From contig OY969622.1 of the NCBI GenBank assembly GCA_963701665.1, forward strand, positions 800,001-864,000: a stretch of DNA of 64,000 bases, given 5' to 3'. Below are positions 58,383 through 64,000 of the stretch, piece by piece (position 1 is the first letter of the stretch; each line of letters starts with the position of its first letter). The translations under genes and the position numbers were made by a program. Below the pieces are notes generated by a model. That model was given only the letters and a program-made list of their open reading frames with translations, did not search any database and was not told the origin of the DNA. Source of the stretch: Candidatus Babeliales bacterium. Its GTDB lineage: Bacteria > Babelota > Babeliae > Babelales > JANWKD01.

Positions 58383-60812
58383 ATGAACTATGATGAAACA
58401 AAACACATAACCGATGGGCCTATGGAAAATAGCACTCATTTAGCATTATTACCCTTAAAAAATGTCATTATTTTACCTAAAAGCATCCTTCCTATTATTG
58501 TAGGCAGACCGATCTCAATTCAGGCGGTTGAATATGCTTTAAAACATGATAAGTCTATTTTTATATCAACGCAAAGAGATTCAACGGTAGAGAATCCTAC
58601 TGATCGGGATGTTTATCAAGTAGGTATTCGAGCAACTATTTTGCAAGTTATGCGCATGCCAAATGGCGCATTAAAAATTTTAGTTGAGGGCATCTGCCGC
58701 GCACAAATCAAAATTGTAGACCAATCTCATTCCTTTATATGTGTCTACGCGCAAGATCTAACATCACAATATTCGGAAAAGACCGTTGAAATTGAAGCAT
58801 TATGGCGTGCGTTAAAAGAGCATTATGAAGATTATGCTAAAATTAATGAAAAAATTCCTCACGATTTGATGTCATTGGCAAAAACAATCGAAGATATGGA
58901 TGCCATTGCTGATACGATCGCCGTCCATATAAATCTTTCTTTTGACGAGCGCCAAGCGATGCTTGAGACGCCCGATTTAAAAGAACGGCTCATCAAATTG
59001 AATGCCCTCCTTCAAAAAGAAATTCAAATTGCGCAAACTGAACAACGCATAAAAGGTCGCATCAAAAGTCAGTTTGAAAAAAGTCAGCGCGAATATTATT
59101 TACATGAACAAATTAAGGCTATTAATAAAGAACTAGGCCGCGAAGATCAAACAGCAGAAATTGCACAGATTAAAGCTAAAATAAAAACATTAGGATTATC
59201 AGATGAAGCGAGTGAAAAAGTTGATAAAGAATTAAAACGCCTTGAACAAATGCCACCATTTTCTTCTGAAGCTGTTGTATCACGTAATTACATTGATTGG
59301 ATCATTTCCATTCCGTGGAAAAAACAAAGCAAAGATACTATAAGTTTAGAACAAGCAGAAAAAATTCTTAATAAACAACATGCAGGATTGCATAAACCAA
59401 AAGAGCGTATCATTGAGTTCATTGCTGCAAAGAAATTTGCCAAAACGATGGAACGATCACCTATTATTTGTTTAGTAGGGCCTCCGGGCGTTGGTAAAAC
59501 ATCATTAGGTCAATCAATTGCAAAAAGTTTAGGCCGTGAATTTGTACGTATTTCACTAGGCGGTATTAAAGATGAGGCTGAAATTCGCGGGCATCGCCGT
59601 ACCTACATCGGTGCATTACCCGGAAAAATTATTCATGCTATGAAAAAAGCAAAAACGGTTAATCCACTTATTTTGCTTGATGAAATTGATAAAATTTCTC
59701 GCGATGTTCATGGGGATCCTTCTTCTGCCCTTTTAGAAGTATTGGATCCTGAACAAAACTAAACCTTTGTCGATCATTTCCTTGATGTTGAATATGATTT
59801 ATCAAAAGTCATGTTTATCGCAACAGCAAATATGATTGAAGGTATTCCTTATCCATTGTTCGACCGTATGGAAATTATTACGCTCTCGGGATACACAGAA
59901 GCTGAAAAACTTGCTATTGCTCGACATTTCTTACTACCAAAAGGATTAAAAGAATATCATTTATCAAAAACACAATTTCGCATTCCCGACGATATGTTGG
60001 AAAAAATTATCAGCGAATATACAAAAGAAGCGGGTGTTCGACAACTTGAACGCGTGCTTACTAAATTAATGCGCAAAGCAATTCAAAGTCTTTTAAAAGA
60101 GCCAAAACAAGCAACTATTGTCGTCACTCCTGATCGCATACAAGAATGGCTTGGCTATCCTAAATTCAAAAAGACGCCACTCGATTTACACAAAAAACGT
60201 ATTGGTATTGCAACAGGACTTGCGTGGACAGAAGTTGGCGGTGATATGCTTGAGATTGAAGCAACGGTACTTTCAGGAAAAGGTGGACTCACGCTCACTG
60301 GCCAACTTGGCGAAGTGATGCAAGAATCAGCCTATGCAGCATTAAGTTATATTCGCTCACGCGCAAAAGAACTAGGATTAAAGGAATCATTTTATTCTTC
60401 AAAAGATCTTCATATTCATATTCCCGAGGGTGCAACACCAAAAGATGGTCCATCAGCGGGTATTACGATTTGCACTGCACTCGTTTCAGCATTAACAAAA
60501 AATCCAACGCGCGCAGATATTGCTATGACGGGTGAAATTACGTTACGTGGACGCGTGTTCTCAATAGGTGGTCTCAAAGAAAAATTATTGGCAGCAAAAC
60601 AACACTCTATTAAGACCGTGTTAGTACCTAAAGAAAACAGCGACGATCTTGCTGAAATATTAAAAGAAGCACCTGATCTTGGGCTCAACATCATTTTTGT
60701 TGAATCAATGGACGAAGTACTGACATATGCCCTTGAAAAAGATCCATTTGCCCATAAAAATACCCACAACGGCAAAAAAACGAAATCTAAATCTGCTAAA
60801 AAGAAAAAATAA
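58383..60812 (+). pseudogene. lon: Lon protease (endopeptidase La) interrupted by an in-frame TAA at 59760-59762
   Basis: LON N-domain, [47 protein letters not shown] continuing in the same frame, KDGPSAG catalytic Ser, IGGLKEK. Confidence 0.9.
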
Positions 60813-60946
60813 ACTACGCCAACTACATTGACTCGCAACGACAATAAGATGTAGGTAATTTGTAAAACTTGCAATACCATGCTTTTTTTGATTACATTAT
60901 CTGCAGGTTTGATGTTCAATCTTTAAATCCCAAAAGGAGAATGGGT

Positions 60947-61345
60947 ATGAAAAAATTATTAGCGACATTATTATGCATCGGCGCCCTGGTCGGGCTTCCG
61001 GGTTGTGGTGGCAAGAAGTCCTACTACGACGAAAATCGCATGGAATGCCATGATGAAATGCAAGATGACGGCTCAATGAAAAGAGTTTGTTCAGATGGCA
61101 ACGTAGTTACCGTATACGAAGGTGTTGAAGGCAAGAGGGGTAAACATAGAGGTAAAGGCGAGAGAACAGTTCCTAATAAAGCTGTGATGGTAAACAAAAT
61201 GCTTCCAGAAGGAACACCGGTTAAACCTTGTGGTGGCGTCCCAGTATGGGAAGAAGTGGCAACAGAAGAAGTAAAACCGCAAAGAAGAGCATCACGCGGC
61301 CGCGCACCCCGTAAAGATATGATGCAAGAAATGGAAATGGAATAA
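60947..61345 (+). CDS. Putative lipoprotein
   Basis: AAGGAG RBS; MKKLLATLLCIGALVGLPG|C lipobox. Confidence 0.7.
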   Translation: MKKLLATLLCIGALVGLPGCGGKKSYYDENRMECHDEMQDDGSMKRVCSDGNVVTVYEGVEGKRGKHRGKGERTVPNKAVMVNKMLPEGTPVKPCGGVPVWEEVATEEVKPQRRASRGRAPRKDMMQEMEME

Positions 61346-61376
61346 CATCAGCTTAATTCATACTAAATTACCAATT

Positions 61377-61406
61377 GAGGAAGCGCTTATGCTTCCTCTT
61401 TTTTTT
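61377..61406 (+). terminator. Rho-independent terminator
   Basis: GAGGAAGC-GCTTAT-GCTTCCTC followed by a T8 run. Confidence 0.65.
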
Positions 61407-62070
61407 GCGCAATACGCTGCATAACCCATGCCAGCGTCTCTTCTCGTGTCATATGCGTTGTATCAAGAATAATTGCATCTTTGGGTACAACCAACGGGGA
61501 GTACTCTCTTTCTGAATCATTTTTATCACGTGTCTGCAAAAAATCTTTCGCTTCTTCTAATGAAAATCGAGCGCCAAGGTTGGCTTGATCGGCTTGCCAA
61601 CGTTGTGCGCGCACATCAAGAGAAGCGGTCACATAAAATTTGTAATCGGCATTAGGAAACGTCATCGAACCGCAATCACGCCCATCAATGGTGATCGATT
61701 TATATTTCTGTGCAAGTTCACGTATGTACTTGGTGATAGCAATGCGTGCTGCTTTATCGTTGCCTAGAAGTGATGAGGCTAAATCGATTTCTTTTGTTTT
61801 TAAACAATGCGTTATATCAACACTATTAAGAACAATAGTTACATTTCCTGTTAGAAGATCGTAGCAATAGGTGATTTGTTTAAAACAGTCTAAAAACTCT
61901 TCATCATACTGTAAGCGCTCGGGCAACACATGATAACGTTTCAATAAGCAGTAGGACAATCCTCTAAACAACATACCACTATTAATATAATAATAGCCCA
62001 AACGAACTGCTAACGCCTTTGCAAGAGTCGATTTACCACTTACTGATGGTCCATCAAACGTTATAATCAT
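61387..62070 (-). CDS. cmk: Cytidylate kinase
   Basis: ITFDGPSVSGKST, SGMLFR, DGRDCG, KFYVTAS..VRAQR, RDKNDSER..SPL. Confidence 0.93.
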   Translation of the reverse strand: MIITFDGPSVSGKSTLAKALAVRLGYYYINSGMLFRGLSYCLLKRYHVLPERLQYDEEFLDCFKQITYCYDLLTGNVTIVLNSVDITHCLKTKEIDLASSLLGNDKAARIAITKYIRELAQKYKSITIDGRDCGSMTFPNADYKFYVTASLDVRAQRWQADQANLGARFSLEEAKDFLQTRDKNDSEREYSPLVVPKDAIILDTTHMTREETLAWVMQRIAQKKEEA

Positions 62071-63806
62071 TATGCTCCTTGAGAATAAGCAATATCAACA
62101 CCCAACAGTTCAAGTGATACCATATCATTCCAATGATTTTCACTAACTTGTGCAGCTACTTTGAATGAGCGCTGTTCCCGCTCAAGCTGCATAAGTACCT
62201 CAAATAATTCAGGACGATTGAAAAAAATAAGTGGTTTAATGATACCGTGAGCAAATACTGAACATTTTACGTGCGCATCTTTTAACAATTGCGGTTTCTG
62301 CACGAGTGAAACATCGTCTAACAAAAATGTTGGTTGAGGGTTTTCACTGCCAAATGGCTGTAAATATTCGACATCTTTCATAAATTTGGTAGTCACGTCA
62401 GATAAATACAATCCTGCATCTATCGTTAATTTTTGTTTGAGATCTTCAGGCGTTAACAACGTTCTTATGCGTTGTTCGATATGGTGCTTAAGCGCGGGAA
62501 TATTATCAATGGGCAGTGAAAGTCCTGCTGCCACCGAGTGCCCACCAAATGTTGTTAATAAGTCGCGTGCATCATGTAAGGCATCAAACATATTGAAAGC
62601 AGAAATCGAGCGACATGAACCTTTTGCAATCCCATCACGCGTGATGTGTAACAAAATCGTCGGTTTTCCGTACGCACCAACAAGTCGTGATGCAACAAGC
62701 CCAATAACGCCCGGAGGCCATGAAGAACTCGCTGCAATAATACATAATTCATGATCAAGATCGATGCTCTTTTTTTCAATTTGCTCAACAACTTGTGTAA
62801 AAATAGAACGCTCAATATCTTTGCGCGCCTGATTGAGTTCGTAAAGCACTCGCCCTACTGAAGTTACTTCTTCAACATCAGTACCAATTAAAAATTTCAC
62901 ACCGTGTCGCGGATCTTCTAACCTACCTAATGCATTCAATTGCGGTGCCAACAAAAATCCAACATCCAACGATGATAACGTTGGTTTTTTGAAGTTGCCA
63001 TTCTGTTTGAGCACACGCAGTGAATTACTTTCTGTTCCATTCACATAGGTAAGGCCGTGACGCACCCAATATCTATTTTCGCCCGTAAGCGGCACAACAT
63101 CTGCCACCGTGCCCAATAAGAGTAGTTCATATGCTTTTGATGGCATTGGCAAACCAAGCTTTTCATATAACAACGTCATAAGCTTAAATCCAACGCCAAC
63201 ACCGGCAAATTTTTTATACGGATAAGGACAATCATGTTGATGAGGGTTAATAATGGCGTACGCATCAGGAACATGATCGTGCGGCCGATGGTGATCGGTA
63301 ATAATAAGATCTATTCCTAATTTTTTAGCGAGCGCAGCAGGCTCAAAAGCAGTAATGCCGTTATCAACGGTCATGATCACGCTATAGCCATTATCAAACG
63401 CGCGTTGCACAACTTTAGTCGAGAGTCCATAGCCATCATGCACGCGATGTGGCAGAAAAAAATTAACGCGCGCATCAAGTGGCGCTAAACAGATCATCAT
63501 TAATGCTGATGAGGTAATCCCATCAACATCATAATCTCCCGCGATTAATATTTTTTCTTTTTTGTGGATAGCCTCAATAATTCTTTCAACCGCGCGCGTT
63601 GCATCTTTAAGCATACTCGGATGTGCAACATGGTCCGGTGATGAAAATAAATAATTTTCAATCGCATCCGGCGTTGTATACCCTCGACCTACAAGGGTTG
63701 CAGCAACTGGTAATGAAAGATTATATTTTGCGGCAATCGTAAGGGCTTGTTGCTGATCAACGGAAGCGACACGCCATAGATATTTCGCACCTTGAATAGT
63801 GTTCAT
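62070..63806 (-). CDS. recJ: Single-stranded-DNA exonuclease RecJ
   Basis: GDYDVDG, TVDNG, TDHH, GTVADVV, GSCRS, GGHSVAAG; start probably MNTIQG at 63806. Confidence 0.95.
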   Translation of the reverse strand: MNTIQGAKYLWRVASVDQQQALTIAAKYNLSLPVAATLVGRGYTTPDAIENYLFSSPDHVAHPSMLKDATRAVERIIEAIHKKEKILIAGDYDVDGITSSALMMICLAPLDARVNFFLPHRVHDGYGLSTKVVQRAFDNGYSVIMTVDNGITAFEPAALAKKLGIDLIITDHHRPHDHVPDAYAIINPHQHDCPYPYKKFAGVGVGFKLMTLLYEKLGLPMPSKAYELLLLGTVADVVPLTGENRYWVRHGLTYVNGTESNSLRVLKQNGNFKKPTLSSLDVGFLLAPQLNALGRLEDPRHGVKFLIGTDVEEVTSVGRVLYELNQARKDIERSIFTQVVEQIEKKSIDLDHELCIIAASSSWPPGVIGLVASRLVGAYGKPTILLHITRDGIAKGSCRSISAFNMFDALHDARDLLTTFGGHSVAAGLSLPIDNIPALKHHIEQRIRTLLTPEDLKQKLTIDAGLYLSDVTTKFMKDVEYLQPFGSENPQPTFLLDDVSLVQKPQLLKDAHVKCSVFAHGIIKPLIFFNRPELFEVLMQLEREQRSFKVAAQVSENHWNDMVSLELLGVDIAYSQGA

Positions 63807-64000
63807 GTATTTGTTGTCTAATGTACGATGAGTAGTATTATATACTTTTTTAAGTGTACCGATGAACACAAAAAGTGCAATGAGCTCTGAGACGATTAAA
63901 ATTCAAATTCGATATCTTCTAGATTTGGCTTTTTGAATTCTTTTAATATAAAGTTCTCGATGAGCGGTTTATTTGCTTTTAAGTTAAATTCCGTAATACC

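Noticed and set aside
59760..59762. Genome-wide stop-codon reassignment explaining the lon TAA
   Set aside because: TAA terminates many conserved genes in the window (trxB, rpmH, thrS and lon itself)
63920..64000. Possible 3' end of a minus-strand CDS (…GITEFNLKANKPLIENFILKEFKSQI*) at the window edge
   Set aside because: Only 26 codons are visible, too short to support a call

Overview
AT-rich bacterial chromosome segment. Two tandem NTT (ATP/ADP-type) translocases, secreted ankyrin and WD40 proteins, a histone H1-like protein and many signal-peptide orphans point to an obligate intracellular parasite of eukaryotes, most like Candidatus Dependentiae (TM6/Babeliae); this taxonomy is inferred. 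The housekeeping backbone is trxB, rpmH-rnpA-yidD, PIN-PhoH, thrS, nth, a Xer recombinase, mrdA, rpsT, rpmB, ftsH, a TolQRAB-like cluster, cca, dsbD, hpf, der, dnaX, SRP RNA, tRNA-Ser, rpsB, lon, cmk and recJ. Notable accessory features: (1) a ~19 kb array of four ~1550-aa secreted proteins with a Cys-Cys-punctuated 72-aa coiled-coil-like repeat stalk and variable beta-helix-like heads; (2) a secreted Skp1-like + WD40 protein ending in a CaaX box; (3) three ankyrin proteins that each carry an acidic W-x-x-L/I (LIR/AIM-like) motif; (4) an FtsH with two complete AAA+ modules; (5) a YhcG/DUF1016 nuclease gene flanked by a duplicated 3' end of hpf; (6) a lon gene split by one in-frame TAA; (7) nested palindromic MITE/REP-like elements. 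All calls come from reading the sequence; no database searches were run.
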